Of a stretch of DNA of 64,000 bases, positions 1-8,533 are shown piece after piece (position 1 is the stretch's first letter; every line of letters begins with the position of its first letter). The position numbers were made by a program, and so were the translations under genes. Below the pieces are notes generated by a model. It had not been told where the DNA came from and did not search any database. It was given only the letters and a program-made list of their open reading frames with translations. The stretch comes from an uncultured Candidatus Binatia bacterium (GTDB taxonomy: Bacteria; Desulfobacterota; Binatia; UBA9968; JAJDTQ01), in contig OZ243916.1 in NCBI GenBank assembly GCA_965213675.1, forward strand, positions 1,088,001 to 1,152,000. Reading direction: 5' to 3'.

Positions 1-998
1 TCCCGCCCCCGATCGAAGGCGGCGGGGGGGTCTCCGGGACCGCGAAACCGCGCTGCCCAAGCGCGGCCGCGCTGCGCCAGCCCCAACATGCCCTCGGGGA
101 CATAGAGGATGGTGGCCACCAGCAGCGCGCCTATGCCGAAGAGCCAGTACTCGGGACTGAGCTTGGCGAGCTGGTCCTGGAGGATCATGTAGAGCGGCGC
201 GCCGATGAACGCGCCGTAGAGCCGTCCGGCGCCGCCCAGGATCAGCATGATCATGACGTCGCCCGAACGTTCGAAGCTGAGCACGTCCAGGGCCACGAAC
301 TCGGTGGTCTGGGCCAGCAGGGCGCCGGCGACGCCGGCCATGACCGCGGCGATGGTGTAGGCGCGCAGCATCTGCCGGTATACCGGACAGCCGATGGCGT
401 GCATGCGCCGTTCGTTCTCGCGGATGCCCCGCAGCGACTGGCCGAAGGACGAGTTCACGATGGCGCGGGCCGCGAGAAACATGACGAACAGCACCGCCAG
501 CGCGTACACGTAGGCGGTCCGGCCGTAGAGGTCGAACTCGAAGACGCCGAAGATCGGCTGCATCACCACGCCCTGAAGGCCGTCGTCGCCGCCGGTCCAG
601 TGCTCCTGTTCGTTGGCCAGTTCCTGCAACAGGATCGTGACCGCCAGGGTCAGCATCAGCAGTGTCAGTCCGCGGGTATAGAGTATGACCGCGCCGCACA
701 CGAAGCCCACGACCCCGGCCACCAGGCCCGCGATCACCAGCCCGCTCAAGGGCTCGCTCCAGCCCACGTGCGCCGACAGGATGCCGGCGGCGTAGGCGCC
801 GGTGCCGAACAGCGCCGCGTGCCCCAGGGAAACGATGCCCGCGTAGCCCAGGATCAGGTCCAGCGACAGCGCGAAGAGCACCATGATGAGGATCTGGGAA
901 CCCAGTTGCAGGTAGTCGGGGAACAGGAAGAATGCCAGGCCCGCGGCCAGCCAGGGAAGCAGTTCCGCGGGCGCGACGGCGGCGCCGTGAGCCCTCAT
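1..998 (-). CDS. Branched-chain amino acid-type ABC transporter permease (LivM-like), runs off the window edge
   Basis: Manual translation from ATG 998 (ATGA overlap with upstream stop): MRAHG...ALSLDLILGYAGIVSLGHAALFGTGAY, a typical LivM motif. Confidence 0.88.
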   Translation of the reverse strand, partial: MRAHGAAVAPAELLPWLAAGLAFFLFPDYLQLGSQILIMVLFALSLDLILGYAGIVSLGHAALFGTGAYAAGILSAHVGWSEPLSGLVIAGLVAGVVGFVCGAVILYTRGLTLLMLTLAVTILLQELANEQEHWTGGDDGLQGVVMQPIFGVFEFDLYGRTAYVYALAVLFVMFLAARAIVNSSFGQSLRGIRENERRMHAIGCPVYRQMLRAYTIAAVMAGVAGALLAQTTEFVALDVLSFERSGDVMIMLILGGAGRLYGAFIGAPLYMILQDQLAKLSPEYWLFGIGALLVATILYVPEGMLGLAQRGRAWAARFRGPGDPPAAFDRGR

Positions 999-1855
999 CG
1001 CGCGTAGAGCCCCTGCGGACGCCACAGAAGCAGGATGATGGTGACCGCGAAGATGAAAAAGGCGCCGAAGGCGGGCAGGTAATACTTGCCCGCGGTGTCC
1101 ACGATTCCCAGGATCAGGGACGCGGCAAAGGCTCCCCGCAGGCTGCCGAGGCCGCCCACGGCCACGACGATCAGGAAGTACACGAGGTATTCCAGCGCAT
1201 AGGTCGGGGTCAGTCCCAGAATCTCCGTGCCCAGTGCGCCCCCCAGCGCCGCCAGCGCGCTGCCCAGCGCGAAGGTCAGCGTGAACAGCAGCCGGATGTT
1301 GATGCCCACGGTCTCGGCCATGCGCTGGTTGTCGACGGCAGCGCGTATCCTGGCGCCCAGCAGCGTGCGTTCGAAACCGTACCAGAGGGCGATGACCACC
1401 GCGACGCTTACCAGGATGATGAACGTGCGATAGGTGGGGAAGTGCCGGAATCCCAGGTCTACCTGGCCCTTGAGATACGCCGGGACGTCCAGTTGCACGT
1501 TGAGCGGCCCCCAGACAAACGTGCAGACAGCAATGCCCATGAACACCAGGCCGATGGTCAGGAGCACCTGCTGGAGTTCGTCCGCGCCGTACAGGCGGCG
1601 GTAGAGCGTGCGCTCCAGGGCGATGCTGATGAGCGCGACAGCAACGCAAGCCAGTGGCGCGCCCAGCAGGAACGGCACGCCCCACTCCCGTATCAGCGAC
1701 ACCGCAATGTATCCGCCCAGCATGGCGAACAGGCCGTGGGCCAGGTTCACGAACCCCATGAGGCCCATGGTGACGGAGAGACCCACCGAGATGATGAACA
1801 GCACCATTGCGAACGCCAGACCGTCGAACGCAATACTGATGAAGGAATTGATCAC
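995..1855 (-). CDS. Branched-chain amino acid-type ABC transporter permease (LivH-like)
   Basis: GLSVTMGLMGFVNLAHG, TLLGARIRAAVDN and VAVGGLGS motifs; hydrophobic. Confidence 0.93.
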   Translation of the reverse strand: MINSFISIAFDGLAFAMVLFIISVGLSVTMGLMGFVNLAHGLFAMLGGYIAVSLIREWGVPFLLGAPLACVAVALISIALERTLYRRLYGADELQQVLLTIGLVFMGIAVCTFVWGPLNVQLDVPAYLKGQVDLGFRHFPTYRTFIILVSVAVVIALWYGFERTLLGARIRAAVDNQRMAETVGINIRLLFTLTFALGSALAALGGALGTEILGLTPTYALEYLVYFLIVVAVGGLGSLRGAFAASLILGIVDTAGKYYLPAFGAFFIFAVTIILLLWRPQGLYAR

Positions 1856-1987
1856 GGGTTACGACGTGCGCATGCTCCCGTCAGAGGACGGCTTGACGGT
1901 GGGGCCGCCGGTGCTTCACACCGGCAGGCGGTGCGCCGCCCCGCGTTTCGGCCGGGACGGGGCGGCGCCCGCGGGAGCCCGCCGTCG

Positions 1988-3175
1988 CTATTTCTTCTTC
2001 TGCAACTGCTTCCAGGGATCCTTCACCATCTCGAGCGTTTCGGTCTCGATGTTGGCCAGGGAGTCCCCGCGCTTCTCCACCTTGCGCAGATACTGGTTCT
2101 GCACGATGTCGCGCGTCTCGGGATCGATCATGATGGGACCCCGGGGGCTCGCGAACTTCCAGCCCTTCCACACCTCCAGGGCCTTGTCGGCGTCGATCTT
2201 GCCGTCCAGCCGCCGCACCGCCTCGTGGATGGCGGCCATGCCGTCCCAACCTTGAACGGCGAAGAAGTCCGGCGTGCTGTCGGCGCCGTAGGCCTCCTTC
2301 CACGCCTTCACGAAGGCCTTGTTCTCGGCCCGGTCCCCCGACGCGGAGTAGTGGTGCATGGTGATGACGCCCAGGGGAACCTCGCCCATGTTGGGCAGCT
2401 CCGAATCCTGGGTGATGTCGCCCGGACCGATGAGCTCGATGCCCGCGGCGCGCATGCCCAGGTCATCGTACGTCTTCATGACGCCGGTGGCCCACTTGCC
2501 CGCCGGGATGAAGACGTACAGCGCGTCGGGCTTGGAATCCTTCACCGATTGCAGGAAGGGCGTGAAGTCCGGGATCTTGGGAAACGGGAACGGGATGTCC
2601 GCCACCACCTTGCCGCCCGCGGCGGTGAAAGCCTGGGTAAACGCGGTCTTGCTGTCCTTGCCCGGCGAGTAATTGGCGTAGGCCACGGCCGCGGTGCGGA
2701 TGTTCATCTTCTCGTAGGCGTGCGTGCCCAGCGGGTAGGCCGCCTGCCACATGGTGAACGACACCCGCGCGGTGTAGGGGGAGCGCGTGGTGATGGCCGA
2801 GGTCCCCGCGTTCATGATGAGGAACGGCACCTTCGCCTTGCGTGTCACGTCCGAGATGGCGAAGGCGTTGTTGGAATAGACCACCCCGGCGAGAATATCG
2901 ATCTTGTCGCGGGTGATGAGTTCGGTGGCCAGGCGCTTGGCCACGTCGGCCTTGGGGCCGGTGCTGTCCCGCTTGATGATCTCGATCTTGTGTCCTCCCG
3001 TCCCGTTGGCGTGAAGCTTCTGGTAAAGCTCGAAACCACGGTCCACCTGCTGCCCCAGTTGGGCGTTGGGACCCGAGTAGGGAAGAATGACGCCCACCTT
3101 GACGGTCTCCGCCCATGCGGTTCCGCCTACCGCCAATGCCAGAAAACACGCGGCCACAAGCCTGAGAACTTTCAT
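1988..3175 (-). CDS. ABC transporter substrate-binding protein (LivK/aromatic-acid-binding type)
   Basis: Signal peptide MKVLRLVAA..AWA, VKVGVILPYSG, SPRGPI; GGAGG RBS before ATG 3175. Confidence 0.92.
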   Translation of the reverse strand: MKVLRLVAACFLALAVGGTAWAETVKVGVILPYSGPNAQLGQQVDRGFELYQKLHANGTGGHKIEIIKRDSTGPKADVAKRLATELITRDKIDILAGVVYSNNAFAISDVTRKAKVPFLIMNAGTSAITTRSPYTARVSFTMWQAAYPLGTHAYEKMNIRTAAVAYANYSPGKDSKTAFTQAFTAAGGKVVADIPFPFPKIPDFTPFLQSVKDSKPDALYVFIPAGKWATGVMKTYDDLGMRAAGIELIGPGDITQDSELPNMGEVPLGVITMHHYSASGDRAENKAFVKAWKEAYGADSTPDFFAVQGWDGMAAIHEAVRRLDGKIDADKALEVWKGWKFASPRGPIMIDPETRDIVQNQYLRKVEKRGDSLANIETETLEMVKDPWKQLQKKK

Positions 3176-3335
3176 GGTCCTACCTCCTTCGAGTTTCGCG
3201 TCCGTTCGCGCCCGGGGACGCAGGTCGGCGATCATAACACTCCGGTCCTTGATACGACAACATTCACGACCGCGGGGTGATCACGGGCCGCCCTGCACGG
3301 CCGTGGAATTGTCTTTCTGGCCGCAAAGGCTATAT

Positions 3336-3366
3336 CTACAATGGCTATACGCAAGACTACAATGGC
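3336..3366. promoter_or_regulatory. 10-bp direct repeat CTACAATGGC x2 with 21-bp period, candidate operator
   Basis: Copies at 3336 and 3357 in a divergent intergenic region. Confidence 0.4.
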
Positions 3367-3414
3367 AAAGCACGAGACGCAGGACATCCACCAACGACCC
3401 TGGGAGTCTACCGC

Positions 3415-4116
3415 ATGGACAGCAAGCCCCTTTCCTCCGACGAGTTCGTCGAACAACTCAAGAAAGAAATCGCCGTCTTCCCCAAGCTGCGCATCCACCA
3501 TCCATTCGTGAAGTCCATCAGCGAAGGTACGGCCGCCATGGACCATATCCGCGCCTGGGCGGTGCAGGACTACCAGTTCCGTGTCGCCGTGCCGCGCATC
3601 GCGCTGCTGCGCTATGTGGCGTGCAGCGACCCGGAATTCGCTCCCAAGCTGTTCGAGGTGGCGGAAGAGGAAACCCGCGGCCTGCTGCCCGGGGCCTCCG
3701 GCCACCCCGACATGTTCGTGGAGTTCGCCGAGGCCATCGGACTCACGCGCACGGACCTTGAAAACCCGCGGTTGCTGCCGGCCACCGCCGCGCACCTGTA
3801 TTTCGCCGAATTGGTGATCCACACGCACCCCTGGTTCGTGGTCATGGCCGCACAGATCGGCGCCGAGGGCACGTTCGGTCCGGCCGCGGCGGCCCTGGGC
3901 AAGGGGTTCATGGAGAGCTACGGCATGCCGCCCGAGTCGGTACGCTTCTTCACCGTCCACGTGGAGGCCGACGAAGAACACGGGTCGCTGGCGGAAGAGA
4001 TCGCGCGCCGCTATCTCACATCCGCCAACCTGCAGCAGCAGACGCGGGCGATGATGTTCCGGCGCATGGAATTGTTGTACGACATCTGGACGATCCAGGA
4101 GCCTCCGACCTGCTGA
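3415..4116 (+). CDS. Heme-oxygenase-like diiron protein (PqqC/TenA/CADD family)
   Basis: EEE..GH, GAEG and FFTVHVEADEEH (HxxxDxxH) ligand pattern. Confidence 0.85.
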   Translation: MDSKPLSSDEFVEQLKKEIAVFPKLRIHHPFVKSISEGTAAMDHIRAWAVQDYQFRVAVPRIALLRYVACSDPEFAPKLFEVAEEETRGLLPGASGHPDMFVEFAEAIGLTRTDLENPRLLPATAAHLYFAELVIHTHPWFVVMAAQIGAEGTFGPAAAALGKGFMESYGMPPESVRFFTVHVEADEEHGSLAEEIARRYLTSANLQQQTRAMMFRRMELLYDIWTIQEPPTC

Positions 4117-4132
4117 CAAGGCGTTCTTAGAC

Positions 4133-4297
4133 CTCGTGTCGTGTCCCGTAAATTACTGCGATGATTTGCTGGTCTTTTTCACCGTCGGCTGCGTGGCTCT
4201 TCCTCGCGTGGTAACCGCCACTGATCGTCATCGCGCCTTGCCGAAAATAAAACATCCTGCGCAACTTGTCGCAGGAATTTACGGGACACGACACCAG
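4133..4297. mobile_element. Long-hairpin MITE-like/structured element, family A copy 1
   Basis: Perfect 19-bp terminal IR GTGTCGTGTCCCGTAAATT; core shared with 27800-27964. Confidence 0.75.
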
Positions 4298-4339
4298 GCG
4301 CTTGCGCCGGCGTGACGGATGCGGATGGGCATGGAAGCC

Positions 4340-6706
4340 ATGAAGAATCAGGGCGTCAAACGGCACATGGGACGCAGCATACCCATGCGGGAAGCGGAGC
4401 CGTTGCTACGCGGGCGGGGTACCTACGTGGGCGACTTGCGGTTTCCCGGAATGCTGCACGCGGCCGTGCTGCGGAGTCCTCACGCCCACGCGCGCATCCG
4501 CGCCATCGACCCCAGCGCGGCGCGGGCCATGCCGGGGGTGGCGCGGGTACTCACCGGCGCGGACGTGCGGGACGCCATCGCGCCCTTCCCTTCCAGCTTC
4601 GAGTTTCACCCGCCCCCCTGGCTCAACGCCATCAAGCCCGTACTCAAGGGTCCGCGCGCCCGGGTGCTGGCGCTGGACAAGGTGCGCTACGTCGGCGAGC
4701 CGCTGGCCATGGTGGTGGCCGAGGACCGCTACCGGGCCGAGGACGCGCTGGACGGCATTGCCGTGGATTACGAGGAGCTGCCGCCGGTGGTGGACCCGGA
4801 AGCGGCGCTCGCCCCGGACGCCGTGCGCATCCACGAGAACGCCAGCGACAACGTCGTGTTCCACTTCAGCATCGCCAAGGGCGACGTGGAGCGGGCCCTG
4901 GCGGACGCGCCCCACCGCATCACCGAGCGCCTGCACCACCGCCGCCACGGCGGCATTCCCATGGAGGGACGGGGCGTCGTGGCCATGGCCGAGGTCAAGC
5001 CGCGCCGTCTGACGGTATGGTCCTCCACCCAGGTGCCCCACAGCGTGCGCCGGCAGATCGCCTCCCAACTCGGTCTGGCCGAAGAGATGATCCGCGTGGT
5101 GGCCCCCCACGTGGGCGGCGGTTTCGGCCCCAAGGTGGTGGTGTACCCTGAGGAGGTGCTGGTGCCCTGGCTTGCCTTGGAGCTGGGGCGGCCCGTGCAG
5201 TGGATCGAGGACCGGCGCGAGCATTTCATCAGCACCGCCCACGCCCGCGACCAGATCCATGACGTGGAACTGGCCTTCGATGGCGACGGCCGCATCCTGG
5301 CGCTCAGGGACCGCTTCCTGCTGGACAACGGCGCCTACAATCCCATGGGCCTCACCGACGCCTACAACACCTCCGCCCATCTCCAGGGGCCGTATCGGGT
5401 CCCCAACCTCGCCGTCACCGGCACCTGCGTGGCTACCAACAAGGTGCCCAACGCGCCCTACCGCGGCGCTGGCCGGCCCGAAGCCGTATTTGTCATGGAG
5501 CGCTGCATCGACCGCATCGCCGGGGAACTGGGGCTCGATCCGGCGGAGGTGCGGTTCCGCAACTTCGTGCCGCCCGAGGAGATCCCGTACGACGCCGGCG
5601 TGCTCTATCGCGATGGCATGCCCGTGCGCTACGACAACGGCGACTTCCCCGCCACCCTGCGCAAGGCCCTGGAGGCCTGCCGCTACGACCACGTGCGCGC
5701 CATGCAGAAGGAGGCCCCGCGCGACAACCGTTGCGTGGGCGTCGGCATCGGCTGCTACACCGAGGGCACGGGGGTGGGCTCCTTTGAGGGCGCCCGGGTG
5801 GAGGTGGACTCTTCGGGCAAGCTGCGGGTATCGGTGGGCGCCAGCGGCCACGGCCAGGGACACGAAACGGTGTTCGCGCAACTCACCGCCGACCTCTGGG
5901 GCGTGGCGCCGGAGGACGTGACGGTCATCGGGGGCGACACCGGGGCCATCCGCTACGGCTGCGGCACCTTCGCCAGCCGCAGCACCGTCAACGCCGGCAC
6001 CGCCATCCACGAAGCCACCCGGCGCCTCAAGGCCAAGGTCTTCGAGTTGGCCGGCCATCTGCTCGAAGCCAACCCCGACGACCTGGCCACGCGGGACGGC
6101 CGCGTGTTCGTGGCGGAACGGCCGGACCACGGCGTCTCCCTGGCGGAATTGGCCGGCGCCGCGGTGCCCGGCTGGGCTTCAAGAATGCCCGAAGGCATGG
6201 AACCCAACCTGGAGGCCAGCCATTACTACGTGCCGGACACCGTGACCTGGGCCCACGCCGCCCACGTGGCCGTGGTGGAGGTGGACGCGGGCACCGGCGA
6301 GGTGAAGCTCCTGGACTACGCGGTGGCGCACGACTCGGGACCGGCCATCAACCCCCTGTTCGTGGAGGGCCAGGTGCGCGGCGGCGTCGCCCAGGGCATC
6401 GGCGGCGCCCTTTACGAAGAGTTCGTCTACGACGACCTGGGACAACTCCTCACGGGCACGTTTCTGGACTACCTGATGCCCACCTGCGGCGAGGTTCCCG
6501 CCATCAAGCAAGTGCACATCGAAACCCCTTCCCCCCTCAACCCCTTGGGCCTCAAGGGCATCGGCGAAGGCGGCGCCATCGCCCCGCCCGTGGCCGTGGC
6601 CAACGCCGTGGTGGACGCCCTGCGGCCCATCGCCAGGATCGAGATATCCGAGACACCGGTGACCCCCGAACGCGTGTTGGCGCTGATACGGCGGCAGCGC
6701 GGGTGA
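4340..6706 (+). CDS. Xanthine dehydrogenase-family molybdopterin-binding large subunit (CoxL form II-like)
   Basis: RSPHAHARI, VGGGFGPK, PYRGAGR, GQGHET, KGIGEGG; start uncertain (4319-4340). Confidence 0.93.
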   Translation: MKNQGVKRHMGRSIPMREAEPLLRGRGTYVGDLRFPGMLHAAVLRSPHAHARIRAIDPSAARAMPGVARVLTGADVRDAIAPFPSSFEFHPPPWLNAIKPVLKGPRARVLALDKVRYVGEPLAMVVAEDRYRAEDALDGIAVDYEELPPVVDPEAALAPDAVRIHENASDNVVFHFSIAKGDVERALADAPHRITERLHHRRHGGIPMEGRGVVAMAEVKPRRLTVWSSTQVPHSVRRQIASQLGLAEEMIRVVAPHVGGGFGPKVVVYPEEVLVPWLALELGRPVQWIEDRREHFISTAHARDQIHDVELAFDGDGRILALRDRFLLDNGAYNPMGLTDAYNTSAHLQGPYRVPNLAVTGTCVATNKVPNAPYRGAGRPEAVFVMERCIDRIAGELGLDPAEVRFRNFVPPEEIPYDAGVLYRDGMPVRYDNGDFPATLRKALEACRYDHVRAMQKEAPRDNRCVGVGIGCYTEGTGVGSFEGARVEVDSSGKLRVSVGASGHGQGHETVFAQLTADLWGVAPEDVTVIGGDTGAIRYGCGTFASRSTVNAGTAIHEATRRLKAKVFELAGHLLEANPDDLATRDGRVFVAERPDHGVSLAELAGAAVPGWASRMPEGMEPNLEASHYYVPDTVTWAHAAHVAVVEVDAGTGEVKLLDYAVAHDSGPAINPLFVEGQVRGGVAQGIGGALYEEFVYDDLGQLLTGTFLDYLMPTCGEVPAIKQVHIETPSPLNPLGLKGIGEGGAIAPPVAVANAVVDALRPIARIEISETPVTPERVLALIRRQRG

Positions 6707-6716
6707 CCCGCCTGGA

Positions 6717-6764
6717 GTCCCGCGAAGGCATTTCCTCGACGCCGATCAGGGGCGGGAATCCAGG
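6717..6764. repeat. REP-like palindrome (CCCGCG..GCGGGAATCCAG family) with inner CCTCGAC..GATC hairpin insert
   Basis: Same layout as 21813-21864. Confidence 0.7.
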
Positions 6765-6821
6765 GGCGGCTCAGGGGCCGGCTTGCAGCAGAAAAGGCCG
6801 TATGTTAAGCCGTGCGGCACC

Positions 6822-8240
6822 ATGACCGCATCCACGAACACGAACAATTCCATGGGCGAGACCCTCGGGGAGGCCATTGCCTTTCTCGAGGCGAATTATC
6901 CGGACGAGGTGTTGCGGGTCACTCGCGAAGTGGACCCGGTCTTCGAGGTGACGGGGATTCTGGCGAAGCTGGAGCGGCAGCAGCAGTTTCCGTGCGTGAT
7001 CTTCGAGAACGTCAAGGGGTCGTCCATCCCGCTGGTGACCAACATGCACGCGAGCTTTCCCCGGCTCGCCATGGCCATCGGGTTGCCGCACGACGCCACG
7101 CCCGCGGATTTCATTCACGAATACGGCAGGCGCGAAGCGAACCCCTTGCCGCCGGTGGACGTGGAGAACGGGCCGTGCCAGGAGGTGGTGATCACGGGCG
7201 ACGACGTGGACGTGACCCGGCTGCCGATCCTGCAGTACCACGAGCTTGACGCCGGCCGTTACATCACCCTCGCCTTCGACGTCATGAAGGAGCCGGACAC
7301 CGGCATCCGCAACGCGGGCATCTACCGGCTGCAGCTCAAGGGCCGGAACCGCTTCGGCATCCAGATTTCCGAGACCGCCCACGGCCACTACATCCTCAAG
7401 AAGAACAAGTCCCGGGGCTTGCCCACACAAATGGCCGCGGTCATCGGCGGCCATCCGGCCATGAACATCGGCAACCTTAGCTTCACCTCCATCGACACCG
7501 ACGAGTTCAGCATCGCCGGCGCCATGCTCGGCAAGCCGGTGGAACTGGTGAAGTGCAAGACCATCGACGTCGAGGTGCCGGCCACCGCCGAAATCGTGCT
7601 GGAATGCGAGATCCATCCCACCGAGATGGAGGAGGAAGCCCCCTTCGGCGAGTACCCCGGCACCTACGGACCCATGCGCGTCAACCCGGTGGTCTACGTC
7701 AAGGCCATCACCATGCGAAAAAACGCGCTCTACCAGAGCTCGTTCGTGGGGCACGCCGACAACCTCCTGCTCTCCGGGGTCACGCGCAACAGCTACATCT
7801 ACCACACCTGCCGCATCGCCAGCGCCGGGGTCAAGGCGGTGTACGTGCCGCCCTGCGGGCGTTCACGCTACATCTGCTACGTCCAGATGGAACGATCCAT
7901 GATCGACGGCGACGCCAAGAACGCGGCCATGGCCGCCTTCGCCGCCGACCCGTTCCTCAAGTTCGTCATCTGCGTGGACGACGACGTGGACATCAGCAAC
8001 GACAGCGACGTGATGCACGCCATCGCCACCCGTGTGCGCGCGGACCGCGACGTGTTCATGATCACCCACTCCCGGGGCTCCCCGCTGGACCCGGCGTCCT
8101 ACGACCCCGCGGGCGGGTCGCACCTGGTCACCAAGGTGGGCGTGGACGCCACGCGAAAATCCGACTACCCGGCCGAGATCACCGTTCCGGGCACCGACGC
8201 CATCGACCTCACCCGGTACTTCGGCGACCGCTTCAAGTAG
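6822..8240 (+). CDS. UbiD-family prFMN-dependent decarboxylase
   Basis: FENVKG, GIYR, EAPFGEYPG, VDDDVD; start uncertain (6822/6852). Confidence 0.93.
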   Translation: MTASTNTNNSMGETLGEAIAFLEANYPDEVLRVTREVDPVFEVTGILAKLERQQQFPCVIFENVKGSSIPLVTNMHASFPRLAMAIGLPHDATPADFIHEYGRREANPLPPVDVENGPCQEVVITGDDVDVTRLPILQYHELDAGRYITLAFDVMKEPDTGIRNAGIYRLQLKGRNRFGIQISETAHGHYILKKNKSRGLPTQMAAVIGGHPAMNIGNLSFTSIDTDEFSIAGAMLGKPVELVKCKTIDVEVPATAEIVLECEIHPTEMEEEAPFGEYPGTYGPMRVNPVVYVKAITMRKNALYQSSFVGHADNLLLSGVTRNSYIYHTCRIASAGVKAVYVPPCGRSRYICYVQMERSMIDGDAKNAAMAAFAADPFLKFVICVDDDVDISNDSDVMHAIATRVRADRDVFMITHSRGSPLDPASYDPAGGSHLVTKVGVDATRKSDYPAEITVPGTDAIDLTRYFGDRFK

Positions 8241-8311
8241 GCTGTCGCCGGAACGCAGACCGCGCGCGGAAGGGTTGCCGCACACTGCGAGGCGCGCCGG
8301 CGGCGTCCCGC

Positions 8312-8455
8312 AACTTCGTCAAACGCTTGACGGAAAGCGGCTCCACCGAGAGGCAGGCCGAGACTCTCGCTGAAGAGCATGTCGCTCTCCTCAACGCCAA
8401 CCTCGCCATCAAGGAAATCAACGCACATCGCCACTGGGCGGAATCGAAGAACTGA
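8312..8455 (+). pseudogene. Fragment of a DUF1640/CCDC90-like coiled-coil protein
   Basis: NFVKRLTESGSTERQAETLAEEHVALLNANLA resembles the family N-terminus; no start codon, early stop. Confidence 0.6.
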
Positions 8456-8533
8456 TTGAACAAGTAAGCACATTACAGGCTCCCCGGCAGAATCGTCCAA
8501 CGTCTCCGTCACAAAGCTCCACAAGGAGGAACC

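Noticed and set aside
932-3280. 782-aa plus-strand ORF and many similar long overlapping ORFs (e.g. 17260-19371, 29333-31693, 61026-63155)
   Set aside because: Antisense or off-frame shadows of well-supported genes, expected at high GC; no recognisable motifs
3415-4116. pqqC / PQQ biosynthesis
   Set aside because: No pqqA/B/D/E in the window; only the fold and metal ligands are supported
4127-4366. Similar short ORFs at 4127-4366 and 27800-28012
   Set aside because: The similarity comes from the family A nucleotide element; starts and lengths are inconsistent
4340-6706. Aerobic CO dehydrogenase
   Set aside because: Lacks the AYxCSFR motif and neighbouring coxMS/accessory genes
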